Of a stretch of 64,000 nucleotides of DNA, positions 28,096 through 40,512 are shown piece by piece. Source of the stretch: Laetmonice hystrix (Eukaryota). The position numbers and the translations under genes were made by a program. Below the pieces are notes generated by a model. The model was not told where the DNA came from and did no database searches. It saw nothing but the letters and a program-made list of their open reading frames with translations. Where the stretch lies: assembly GCA_965235115.1 (NCBI GenBank), contig OZ249439.1:5146001-5210000 (forward strand), read 5' to 3'. Within the stretch, counting starts at the first letter, position 1; each line of letters opens with the position of its first letter.

Positions 28096-28700
28096 AAAGG
28101 CAGAGCGGAGGAGACACTCCCTCACATCCACATACACGGGTACCCATCGATCACCATAATGGGGACTAGAAGTACAATGCATCAAAGGATGTGGCAGCCT
28201 GCGGAAACCAGGCACATCTGCCGTAAACAACTTTTAATACAACGGAGATGGCGGAACCGAAGGGAACACACCGTCAACCCCAAGGAATCGTATCAAGGGA
28301 GGACGGAACCCCTGGAACAAGAAAATAGAGGATCATCCCTAAACCCTAGCAAAGGCAGAGCGGAGGTAACACCCTCTCCCATCCATATACACGGGTACCC
28401 ATCGATCACCCATAAAGGGGACTAGAAGTACAATGCGCCAAAGGATGGGGCAGCCTGCGGAAACCAGGCACATCTGCCGTAACAACTTGTAATATAACGG
28501 GGATGACGGAACCGAAGGGACCACACACCGTCAACCCCAAGGTAACCCTATCAAAGGAGGACGGAACCCAACGGAACACGGCCCCACCCCCAACCAGGTA
28601 ACAACAACAAGGGAAGGCGGAACCGAAGGGACCACACAGCGTCAACCCCAAAGTAATCATATCAAGGGAGGACGGACCCCACGGAACACGACCCCGACCA
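28096..28700. repeat. 255-bp tandem repeat (2 copies plus a partial of about 110 bp) inside the element
   Basis: AAAGGCAGAGCGGAGG at 28096 and 28351. GCGGAACCGAAGGGACCACACA repeats again near 28615. Confidence 0.85.
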
Positions 28701-30068
28701 GGTAACACAACCACGCCGCTTACCATGCAACTGTAGCTAAAGTAACAACACTGAATAGTGAGAGACACCTGCCTAAATCTAGATATAACAGGAATAAGCT
28801 ACTCGTTGGCTAGAAACAAAAAGAAAATTATCAACGATACTAATATAGGCCTAGTGTCCCTCAACTCGTTACGTTTATCGACCATCTCCAAAGACAAAGT
28901 GTATCAGGTTAAAGGTGATGCCAATACCTCTGGGACATATTAATCTGCCCACCGTAACTAAATACCTCTGCCAAATAACAGCTCACCACCTACCGCTCGA
29001 ATACACGCGCAGCATATCCACATCCCACCAACATTCCAAACGGCAAAAACATTTCCGCCAAGCGATAAACACCGTTTATTTAACAAAATCTATAGGGAAG
29101 CATACCATACACCTGTCGCATGGCAAACTTGGTCTCAACTGTTAGAATTAGAGGCAGCAGTAAACACCCATATAAGACAGGAATAGATAAATTGATGAAC
29201 ACCCGGCGTATCAAGTTACAGCAGTTCACTGGTCAAGTCCACTAATCGTTCCTCTACAACCACCGGAGGACACAAAAATATTTCTACACAACCCCACACA
29301 GTGAGGGCTAGCGAAAAACATCAACTCCATGTACCTCACATTTCCCCGAGCCTACCCCCCACCATGATACACCACGTGGGAGGACAAACCAAAATTCGGA
29401 TGCGCATACGGGTATGCCGCAACCAGCCGCAGCTATCACCCACCAATACCACAAAAAGTGACCCCAACATAATTCAAAGGGGGAGCAGTAGTCACACCTA
29501 GGTCAGGAAACGCACATGAAAAGGAACGACCCGCAAGTATACGCTTCCAAACTACCGTTGTATAAGCCCATTCCTGGAACCACGCTATTATTACCCGACT
29601 CAACACGGAGTACCCACGGTAAATACAAAACTGAAATTATCGTAACCCACTACCATTCTTGGACAAATACGTACACAAAATTACACAACCTAGGACCGCT
29701 GACGTTGTCAGTCGCCTGCAATGCGTGGCAAAGTGAAATAACTTCAACGTCGTAACACAAACTGTTTACCAGGAGCCTCAAGTAGTCTGTCCAAGCCCGA
29801 ACAACAAAGGCCAGGTCGGCCCCGTGGACAGTGACCGCGTGCTCCGCAACACTCAGTCAGAGTATTTCAGACACGCATAAATACTGGGTACCGGACTAAA
29901 ATACAGCCTCGAAAGACGAATAACTGAATCCGTTTTAGACATAACACCTGCACAGGTGTCATAAACACAAGGCAAATATACGAAACAGTCGACAAACCAC
30001 GTTCCACTGTACACTTGAAACGAAGTCCCAACCATAGAACGAACTCACCCGATGTGTGGGGAACAAAA

Positions 30069-30382
30069 CCGTCTGATTGCCACGATGCTTCCAAAGGTAG
30101 AGAACTCGACTCTGTCTGCTCGGTTGTATTTATACCCTCCGAATCGTCTCCCAAGTCGCCTTCGTCACTTCCGACCCAGAGCGCGCGAGAGGTGAGAACC
30201 AAGATGGTGGTTAACGGGAGTACAGCTATTGTTTACATTTCCTTGACAATACATACTGAGCACACGACATGGGTCCTAGATACATATTATGTGAGAGTAC
30301 CTATACTAATCTCATACCTACGCAAACTCCTCGTTTCTCCTCCATAAATGATCCCGGCTCTTTGGCGCCGAGCTCGGATTTA
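30069..30382 (-). repeat. Repeat A1 of the split-direct-repeat element
   Basis: Identical by eye to 25257-25570 (offset 4812). Confidence 0.95.
30127..30134 (-). promoter_or_regulatory. Candidate TATA box in repeat A1
   Basis: Minus-strand TATAAATA about 60 bp before the 3' end of A1, pointing into the internal region. Function is inferred. Confidence 0.4.
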
Positions 30383-30640
30383 GCACCACTAGACCCGGCC
30401 CACACCCCTCGCGCTCCCTCTGTAAAACTCCCTTTTTAAAGGTGCTACAGAAAGTCTTGAAGATCTTATCAACTGTGGTACGCGTGATAGAGTCTACACA
30501 TTTCGGTAATTGGTCCCGTGGGGTTTCGAGATGCGAGACCGATTGTTGGCTGACCAAAGCCTGGGCCCTGGCTAGAGTAGCCGTAGCCTCGCTGACCAAA
30601 GCCTACCGGCTGGGAGAGTCGTAGCCTTTTCTGGCACAAC
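30383..30640 (-). pseudogene. Upstream part of the decayed gag-like relic interrupted by the element
   Basis: Rejoining the flanks across ATTTA gives minus-strand GSSGAK-CSYCEAVGDIMYTS. The upstream boundary is uncertain. Confidence 0.35.
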
Positions 30641-30881
30641 GAATACACCGGTGGGGTTACTGGAGGCTTGCCTTACAACAGCCTGGATGACGTGCTGTGC
30701 AAGGTGGGGAAAGTGATCTAAAAAAATTCTCTCTTATTCAGACTCTGAAAAAGGTCTTCTCTAATTCAGAGCTCTGCAAAAAGTCTTCTCTTATTCACAG
30801 TGCGGTTCTCTGCAGTTCAACACTACCTACATCTCACCCAATTTATAGACACTTGTCAGCAAGGCCAAACTCTGCACCCTA

Positions 30882-30955
30882 TAGGTTAGAGTTAAGGTTA
30901 GGTTTAGGGTTAGTTATATTTTCCCATTGGTCCGACAGACCATTGGTCCGACAGC
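30882..30955. repeat. Interstitial degenerate TTAGGG-like tract followed by a CCATTGGTCCGACAG duplication
   Basis: TAGGTTAGAGTTAAGGTTAGGGTTTAGGGTTAG, then CCATTGGTCCGACAG twice. Confidence 0.7.
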
Positions 30956-31004
30956 CAAAGTGGGCTGTCGGACTATTGCTGTTTAACTGGAAGTGAACCA
31001 CAAA

Positions 31005-31140
31005 AGTCGAAGTCAAAGTCGAACTCGAAGTAAAAGTTTAACTCGAAGTCGAAGTTTAACTCGAAGTCGAAGTCGAAGTTAAACTCGAAGTCGAAGTCGA
31101 ACTCGAAGTTTAACTCGAAGTCGACGTCGAACTCGAAGTT
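31005..31140. repeat. Degenerate hexamer microsatellite (GAAGTC/GAACTC/GAAGTT)
   Basis: Read directly. Confidence 0.85.
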
Positions 31141-31749
31141 TTGCACGGTGTCTCAGTAAATATATGGACGTCAAACTCGAAGACGAAGAATTTCCCTTCA
31201 GGTATTCCATACCCGAAGGTGAAAGGTTCTGTGACCACGAATTGGAGTTTGAGACCACCGAGTCACAGCAGCCCCTATAATAGTCCGTTCACGTCATAAT
31301 AACACTGTTTCTACTCTTCCACTTTAATGGGAATACCACACAATAATGTCCCAATACATTATGTATAACTATGAGGGGAGAAAAAGGGAAAAATAGAAAG
31401 AAAAAGGTAACTTCCGTCAGAGATGTTGCGTAGTAAATGACATAGGATGTATTTTACATACTAAACGCCTATCATCCCTCATCCATATTCCAGCAGGCAG
31501 AAACTACCAAATGGCCATTTACACATGCATTATTGAAAATAAAGATTTAAAAAGACCAATAAAAAGCATGGAAAAGACATTGCGCTCTGCCGATCAAAGT
31601 CGCCGAGAGCTGGAGTCGACAATGGTCATTTGCTGATCGTGACCATCTATTTAATAGCAGGTGTTCAGAAGCCTTGTTAACGGACCTAATCTATCAAACG
31701 AAGACACTCAAAGGCAGCAAGTTGTTTTTCACTTTTGTCTCTCCGGTCA

Positions 31750-34700
31750 TGATAAGGAGATGATACAGAGGACACCAGCACCCCGGGACTACGCTCTACT
31801 CTGTCTGGTCATGGGGAGATGATACAGAGGACACCAGCACCCCGGGACTATGCCCTACTCTGTCTGGTCATGAGGAGATGATACAGAGGACACCAGCACC
31901 CCGGGACTATGCCCTACTCTATCTGGTCATGAGGAGATGATACAGAGGACACCAGCACCCCGGGACTATGCCCTACTCTGTCTGGTCATGATGAGGTGAT
32001 GATACAGCGGACACCAGCACCCCGGGACTATGCCCTACTCTGTCTGGTCATGATGAGGTGATGATACAGCGGACACCAGCACCCCGGGACTATGCCCTAC
32101 TCTGTCTGGTCATGAGGAGATGATACAGAGGACACCAGCACCCCGGGACTATGCCCTACTCTGTCCGGTCATGGGGAGATGATAGAGGACACCAGCACCC
32201 CGGGACTATGCCCTACTCTGTCTGGTCATGAGGAGATGATACAGAGGACACCAGCACCCCGGGACTATGCCCTACTCTATCTGGTCATGAGGAGATGATA
32301 CAGAGGACACCAGCACCCCGGGACTATGCCCTACTCTGTCCGGTCATGACGAGGAGATGATACAGAGGACACCAGCACCCCGGGACTATGCCCTACTCTG
32401 TCCGGTCATGGGGAGATGATACAGAGGACACCAGCACCCCGGGACTATGCCCTACTCTATCTGGTCATGAGGAGATGATACAGAGGACACCAGCACCCCG
32501 GGACTATGCCCTACTCTGTCCGGTCATGACGAGGAGATGATACAGAGGACACCAGCACCCCGGGACTATGCCCTACTCTGTCTGGTCATGAGGAGATGAT
32601 ACAGAGGACACCAGCACCCCGGGACTATGCCCTACTCTGTCCGGTCATGAGGTGATGATACAGAGGACACCAGCACCCCGGGACTATGCTCTACTCTGTC
32701 TAGTCATGATGAGATGATACAGAGGACACCAGCACCCCGGGACTATGCCCTACTCTGTCCGGTCATGGGGAGATGATACAGAGGACACCAGCACCCCGGG
32801 ACTATGCCCTACTCTGTCTGGTCATGATGAGGTGATGATACAGAGGACACCAGCACCCCGGGACTATGCTCTACTCTGTCTGGTCATGATGAGATGATAC
32901 AGAGGACACCAGCACCCCGGGACTATGCCCTACTCTGTCCGGTCATGAGGTAATGATACAGAGGACACCAGCACCCCGGGACTATGCCCTACTTTGTCTG
33001 GTCATGATGAGATGATACAGAGGACACCAGCACCCCGGGACTATGCCCTACTCTGTCCGGTCATGGGGAGATGATACAGAGGACACCAGCACCCCGGGAC
33101 TATGCCCTACTCTGTCCGGTCATGAGGTAATGATACAGAGGACACCAGCACCCCGGGACTATGCCCTACTTTGTCTGATCATGATGAGATGATACAGAGG
33201 ACACCAGCACCCCGGGACTATGCCCTACTTTGTCTGGTCATGATCAGATGATACAGCGGACACCAGCCCCCCGGGACTATGCTCTACTCTGTCTGGTCAT
33301 GATGAGATGATACAGAGGACACCAGCACCCCGGGACTATGCCCTACTCTGTCCGGTCATGGGGAGATGATACAGAGGACACCAGCACCCCGGGACTATGC
33401 CCTACTCTGTCTGGTCATGATGAGGTGATACAGAGGAACCAGCACCCCGGGACTATGCCCTACTCTGTCCGGTCATCAGGAGGAGATGATACAGAGGACA
33501 CCAGCACCCCGGGACTATGCCCTACTCTGTCTGATCATGATGAGATGATACAGAGGACACCAGCACCCCGGGACTATGCCCTACTCTGTCTGGTCATGAT
33601 GAGATGATACAGAGGACACCAGCCCCCCGGGACTATGCCCTACTCTGTCCGGTCATGATGAGATGATACAGAGGACACCAGCACCCCGGGACTATGCCCT
33701 ACTCTGTCCGGTCATGGGGAGATGATACAGAGGACACCAGCACCCCGGGACTATGCCCTACTCTGTCCGGTCATGATGAGGAGATGATACAGGGGACACC
33801 AGCACCCCGGGACTATGCCCTACTCTGTCTGGTCATGATCAGATGATACAGAGGACACCAGCACCCCGGGACTATGCCCTACTCTGTCTGGTCATGAGGT
33901 GATGATACAGAGGACACCAGCACCCCGGGACTATGCCCTACTCTGTCCGGTCATGATGAGGAGATGATACAGAGGACACCAGCACCCCGGGACTATGCCC
34001 TACTCTGTCTGGTCATGACGAGGAGATGATACAGAGGACACCAGCACCCCGGGACTGTGCCCTATTCTGTCCGGTCATGACGAGGAGATGATACAGAGGA
34101 CACCAGCACCCCGGGACTATGCCCTACTCTGTCTGGTCATGAGGAGATGATACAGAGGACACCAGCACCCCGGGACTATGCCCTACTCTGTCCGGTCATG
34201 AGGAGATGACACAAAGGACACCAGCACCCCGGGACTATGCCCTACTCTGTCTGGTCATGATGAGGTGATGATACAGAGGACACCAGCACCCCGGGACTAT
34301 GCCCTACTCTGTCCGGTCATGGGGAGATGATACAGAGGACACCAGCACCCCGGGACTATGCCCTACTCTGTCAGGTCATGGGGAGATGATACAGAGGACA
34401 CCAGCACCCCGGGACTATGCTCTACTCTGTCAGGTCATGGGGAGATGATACAGAGGACACCAGCACCCCGGGACTATGCCCTACTCTGTCTGGTCATGAT
34501 GAGATGATACAGAGGACACCAGCACCCCGGGACTATGCCCTACTCTGTCTGGTCATGAGGAGATGATACAGAGGACACCAGCACCCCGGGACTATGCCCT
34601 ACTCTGTCAGGTCATGGGGAGATGATACAGAGGACACCAGCACCCCGGGACTATGCTCTACTCTGTCAGGTCATGGGGAGATGATACAGAGGACACCAGC

Positions 34701-35260
34701 ACCCCGGGACTATGCCCTACTCTGTCCGGTCATGAGGTGATGATACAGAGGACACCAGCACCCCGGGACTATGCCCTACTCTATCTGGTCATGAGGAGAT
34801 GATACAGAGGACACCAGCACCCCGGGACTATGCCCTACTCTGTCAGGTCATGGGGAGATGATACAGAGGACACCAGCACCCCGGGACTATGCCCTACTCT
34901 GTCTGGTCATGATGAGGAGATGATACAGAGGACACCAGCACCCCGGGACTATGCTCTACTCTGTCTGGTCATGATCAGATGATACAGAGGACACCAGCAC
35001 CCCGGGACTATGCCCTACTCTGTCCGGTCATGATGAGGAGATGATACAGAGGACACCAGCACCCCGGGACTATGCCCTACTCTGTCTGGTCATGGGGAGA
35101 TGATACAGAGGACACCAGCACCCCGGGACTATGCCCTACTCTGTCCGGTCATGATGAGGAGATGATACAGAGGACACCAGCACCCCGGGACCATGCTCTA
35201 CTCTGTCCAGTCATGAGGTGCTGATACAGCGGACACCAGCACCCCGGGACTATGCCCTAC
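31750..35260. repeat. 59-65 bp minisatellite (about 58 copies), the largest array in the window
   Basis: Constant core GATGATACAGAGGACACCAGCACCCCGGGACTATGCCCTACTCTGTCYGGTCAT with a variable GA-rich linker. Period 59 at 32221 and 32280. Confidence 0.97.
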
Positions 35261-36079
35261 CGTTAGCGATAGAAAGTGGCAAGAGTCCTTTTACGTGCCA
35301 CAGTGCAGAGACAAAGAACTACATGCCCGGCTTTGATAACCGGCGAGTACTGTGTGTATGTGTGAGGTGGGGGGGGGGGGGCTTCGCTTTAACCGACTCG
35401 GCCTACCACCTCCCCAGACCCGATCTGTTAATACCACCACCTCCAGTCGACAGAAGAGAGGAGATACAAGTCCCTAATAACCTTCTATACTCATAATGTG
35501 TACGCACGCCGCCATATTTCAACCAATTTTGTTCTCTTGCGACGGAGACGGAGAATCGTGAGGACAAAACGCGTGACCTTGATGACCTTGATAAATCGAC
35601 GCTGTTCGTCTTTGAATCTGTACTCACGTGCCACAAGTAAAACGTTGAGTAGCTCTGTGATGTAATATTGAATGATACGGTTGTTCTTTGATAACTACTC
35701 TGCTCCACTCGCGGATCGGGGGGGGGGGGGCGCCGCCCTTAGATTTTCCTTTATTTTGTGATGAAGATGTTATGACTATATTTGAATAATATGTAGTATT
35801 TGAATAAAATTCAACATTTAGAAGTGTGTTAATAGCACTTGCTGTGTGTGTGATACAGGCACAATCCAATCACGCCGAGCATTGCAAGGTTAACAAAAAT
35901 TGGTGCCCCCCCCCCCCCCTTATCCAAATCCTGGCTCTCCCACTGTACTCTATTGGCTTCTGACTGAATGAGTTAAAAATTCTGAAGATGTACACAGGTA
36001 GAATTTCGAACCGAAAAATATTGGACGTTCCACCTACAATTAATGTAATGCTGAATGGATGTATAATACAATTCTTATC

Positions 36080-36156
36080 CTCAAACCTTCTTGCTCGAAG
36101 GGGATTCGAAGCCAGACCTAAGAGGCTTACTGATGAGTTATGAGCCACCGCGGCCT
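36080..36156 (-). mobile_element. tRNA-derived SINE head (degenerate)
   Basis: Minus strand GGCCGCGGTGGCTCA... is A-box-like and GCTTCGAATCCC is one mismatch from the B box. I could not read a cloverleaf. Confidence 0.45.
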
Positions 36157-37944
36157 TCCATAAAAAGTATTCACACAATGAAAGGTACACGAGACATCTG
36201 CATTGTGCGGTTGTGGATGCGCAGGGGAGAATTCATCAAGGATAAAAACTGTTGCCTAAAATAGTTCTCGGCCTCTGTAAAATCTACTGCAACAGATGTG
36301 TACTTATGGTAATGTAAATTATCTAAATAAACGGGCTAACTGACAACACAGAAGTACCCAGCCACCAGTGCGTCTTTAATGAAAGTGAATCTTTTTCTAC
36401 GTTTTTTCGTTTTTCTTCTGCTGATGGGGGATTTGTTATAAAATTACAATTTACGTCTATGCAGTTGAAGAGTAACCTCTGACGGAGGGCTTGCTCACGT
36501 CAGTCGCTGTAAACCACGAGCCGCCAGCAAGAGGACACGGTGATGGCAAACAGCGCAAGTTTCTCATTTCAAGCAATCCCTGAACCCCTGATTTGTCTGT
36601 CACACAAGGTGTACCACGCTGTCACAGAGTGTGCACTAGAGTCATTAGATGTAAGAGATTTGACTGATATGATCAAGTACACTGGCTGCCTATTTATCCC
36701 AGGATAAGCAGGTACTGGATGACGACATGTCCACTGTCTGATCCATACAGTTATCAGGGACGGAGCTCTCAGACATGCTCAATACCCACATTAAACCACT
36801 CGACCACTCTTGGCATGGCTCACGTGAACATATATATCGCATGGTCGTCAGCTCTGGAGGGTAGTAGGCATACAGATCTCAGCACCACGGTTTCAGGACC
36901 TTTAACTGTATATAAAGGACCTTTAGCTGTATATATAAAGGACTTTTAGCCCACCCAACACTCCCCACACTGACAGGCTAGACATGTTGGGAAAAATGTG
37001 GTTAGCGTTAACGTTGGCAATTTTTGAAAATAATATATCGTTCAAGTACGCAGCCTTTGTAATAAGTAAAATCAATTCTTATTCATGCAAGTCAAGTAGC
37101 CGGTATGGAGGAGAAAATATAATAGAAGCTAGCGAGAGGACTTCCTTTGTAAATAGGCACCATGTTCTATCCAATAGAACCAATGCGGCCACTTTAGTTG
37201 AGGACATTACTTGACAAGTAGAACATCCTGCAACCACTCTGAACCTAGCGAGAACTTTGGAAAGTGATTTTAGAAAATGATTTTGGAAAGTGACTTTGGA
37301 AGGTGAGCGCCGCCATATTTCGGTTTGACATGTCACAGACATGATATTAATGGTTGGTTGAGCTGTGGCAAACAACCGTACAAATGTCGCTCAATGAGAC
37401 AAGTAATATATGAGCGCCAAGTACTGACCGATTGTGGACACTGCAGGACGTGGTCTATCACTCCCTCAATATACTAGCATAGTCTCCCGTCATGTACTGG
37501 TCCTTATCAAAAGTTGTTCGCACGTGTATTAGTTTCATAAATCAGTTTTTGTTATCTGATGGCAGACACAAACCAAGTCCTAACTACAATCTTATATTGT
37601 AAATGAAAACAGATAAGAGATCTTTATGATCCCAGCTCGTGTGCCTTTGTGTTGCTGGAGGTAATCATTTCTCCCTTCAATATCATCTAGCCACTGGGAT
37701 AAAGTTCGCAGTGAAAGCCTTCATCTACCTTTCTCCACATACAATCGGTTTCTTTACCTGAGAGAGCCACTTTCAACTCGGTTTAATAAAGACGGATCTG
37801 GAAAGCTTGAACCACCATGGAGAGAGAGTGTAATCCCCTGTACATTGATATCTTAACTTCTTGTACAGTCGTCATCTTTGTACCTACAGTTAACTTTTCG
37901 TCTTTGTGTCGTGAAATATTCTACCATTTCACCAGTCTGATGGC

Positions 37945-40062
37945 GCTTCGAAAATACTCTATGTCCTCTTTGGTGTACCAGTTGTTATTGTCTAGTCGGA
38001 AATACTCTATGTCCTCCTTGGTGTACCAGTTATTATTGTCTATTCGGAAATACTCTATGTCCTCCTTGGTGTACCAGTTGTTATTGTCTAGTCGGAAATA
38101 CTCTATGTCCTCCTTGGTGTACCAGTTGTTATTGTCTAGTCGGAAATACTCTATGTCCTCCTTGGTGTACCAGTTATTATTGTCTAGTCGGAAATACTCT
38201 ATGTCCTCCTTGGTGTACCAGTTATTATTGTCTATTCGGAAATACTCTATGTCCTCCTTGGTGTACCAGTTGTTATTGTCTATTCGGAAATACTCTATGT
38301 CCTCCTTGGTGTACCAGTTGTTATTGTCTATTCGGAAATACTCTATGTCCTCCTTGGTGTACCAGTTGTTATTGTCTAGTCGGAAATACTCTATGTCCTC
38401 CTTGGTGTACCAGTTGTTATTGTCTAGTCGGAAATACTCTATGTCCTTCTTGGTGTACCAGTTGTTATTGTCTAGTCAGAAATACTCTATGTCCTTCTTG
38501 GTGTACCAGTTGTTATTGTCTAGTCGGAAATACTCCGTCCTCCTTGGTGTACCAGTTGTTATTGTCTAGTCGGAAATACTCTATGTCCTCCTTGGTGTAC
38601 CAGTTGTTATTGTCTAGTCGGAAATACTCTATGTCCTTCTTGGTGTACCAGTTGTTATTGTCTATTCGGAAATACTCTATGTCCTCCTTGGTGTACCAGT
38701 TGTTATTGTCTAGTCGGAAATACTCCATGTCCTCCTTGGTGTACCAGTTGTTATTGTCCAGTCGGAAATACTCTATGTCCTCCTTGGTGTACCAGTTGTT
38801 ATTGTCTATTCGGAAATACTCTATGTCCTCCTTGGTGTACCAGTTGTTATTGTCTATTCGGAAATACTCTATGTCCTTCTTGGTGTACCAGTTGTTATTG
38901 TCTAGTCGGAAATACTCTATGTCCTTCTTGGTGTACCAGTTGTTATTGTCTAGTCGGAAATACTCTATGTCCTCCTTGGTGTACCAGTTGTTATTGTCTA
39001 GTCAGAAATACTCTATGTCCTTCTTGGTGTACCAGTTGTTATTGTCTAGTCGGAAATACTCTATGTCCTTCTTGGTGTACCAGTTGTTATTGTCTACTCG
39101 GAAATACTCTATGTCCTCCTTGGTGTACCAGTTGTTATTGTCTAGTCGGAAATACTCTATGTCCTTCTTGGTGTACCAGTTGTCATTGTCTAGTCGGAAA
39201 TACTCTATGTCCTTCTTGGTGTACCAGTTGTTATTGTCTAGTCGGAAATACTCTATGTCCTCCTTGGTGTACCAGTTGTTATTGTCTAGTCGGAAATACT
39301 CTATGTCCTTCTTGGTGTACCAGTTGTCATTGTCTAGTCGGAAATACTCTATGTCCTTCTTGGTGTACCAGTTGTTATTGTCTAGTCGGAAATACTCTAT
39401 GTCCTTCTTGGTGTACCAGTTGTTATTGTCTAGTCGAAAATACTCTATGTCCTCCTTGGTGTACCAGTTGTTATTGTCTAGTCGGAAATACTCTATGTCC
39501 TTCTTGGTGTACCAGTTGTCATTGTCTAGTCGGAAATACTCTATGTCCTTCTTGGTGTACCAGTTGTTATTGTCTAGTCGGAAATACTCTATGTCCTTCT
39601 TGGTGTACCAGTTGTTATTGTCTAGTCGGAAATACTCTATGTCCTTCTTGGTGTACCAGTTGTTATTGTCTAGTCGGAAATACTCTATGTCCTTCTTGGT
39701 GTACCAGTTGTTATTGTCTAGTCGGAAATACTCTATGTCCTCCTTGGTGTACCAGTTGTTATTGTCTAGTCGGAAATACTCTATGTCCTCCTTGGTGTAC
39801 CAGTTGTTATTGTCTAGTCGGAAATACTCTATGTCCTTCATGGTGTACCAGTTGTTATTGTCTAGTCGGAAATACTCTATGTCCTTCTTGGTGTACCAGT
39901 TGTTATTGTCTAGTCGGAAATACTCTATGTCCTCCTTGGTGTACCAGTTGTTATTGTCTAGTCGGAAATACTCTATGTCCTCATTGGTGTACCAGTTGTT
40001 ATTGTCTAGTCGGAAATACTCTATGTCCTCCTTGGTGTACTAGTTGTTATTGTCTAGTCGGA
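37945..40062. repeat. 48-bp minisatellite (GTCGGAAATACTCTATGTCCTYCTTGGTGTACCAGTTGTTATTGTCTA, about 44 copies)
   Basis: 16-codon periodic ORFs appear on both strands. Copies are very homogeneous. Confidence 0.97.
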
Positions 40063-40512
40063 TATCGGGAATAATGCCACAAAAACATTTAATTTATCAC
40101 AAGAACATCTAACCTCGCATAAAACGGGAAACCAAACGAGTGTTTCATTCATTCAACTTGGAGGACTTCCTCAAAGATTTCAATAAGCCAAAAGATGTTG
40201 ATACATGTGGAACAGCGAACCCCAGATATCTACGTCCTCGCTACATACTCATTTAATACTGCACCTCGCCACGGAGACTGCTGTCTAAAGACAAAGATAT
40301 CTTTGCTCTTTAAAATACACTTCTGCTTTTTCGCACCTTTAAAATTGTAGCAATGTACATGTAAGGGGCAAAACACATAACTCCGCATAGACTGTAGAAA
40401 TGTGGTCTCCCGATGGAGATGCTGTACGCATATAATCTATCTTCTTTAAGGGTTCCTTGATATAGGGAGGTGTTTTCAATGGTGCTGGAGAGACATGAGG
40501 AGCACAACTTAC

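Larger units (their letters stand above)
24798..30382 (-). mobile_element. Split-direct-repeat element (Ngaro/PAT-type, DIRS order), apparently non-autonomous, 5585 bp
   Basis: Repeat A (314 bp) lies at 30069-30382 and 25257-25570. Repeat B (276 bp) lies at 25566-25841 and 24798-25073. On the minus strand the order is A1-internal-B1-A2-spacer-B2. ATTTA is shared at both ends and at the B1/A2 junction. No long ORF is present. Confidence 0.8.

Noticed and set aside
24798-30382. Interpretation as a conventional LTR retrotransposon
   Set aside because: There are two distinct repeat pairs rather than one LTR pair, the termini are not TG...CA, and the same 5-bp core recurs internally. This fits split direct repeats instead.
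37817-40043. Periodic ORFs on both strands, including the protein-like KEDIEYFRLDNNNWYT
   Set aside because: Variant units introduce TGA and a 4-nt deletion near 38535 breaks the frame, so there is no sign of frame preservation.
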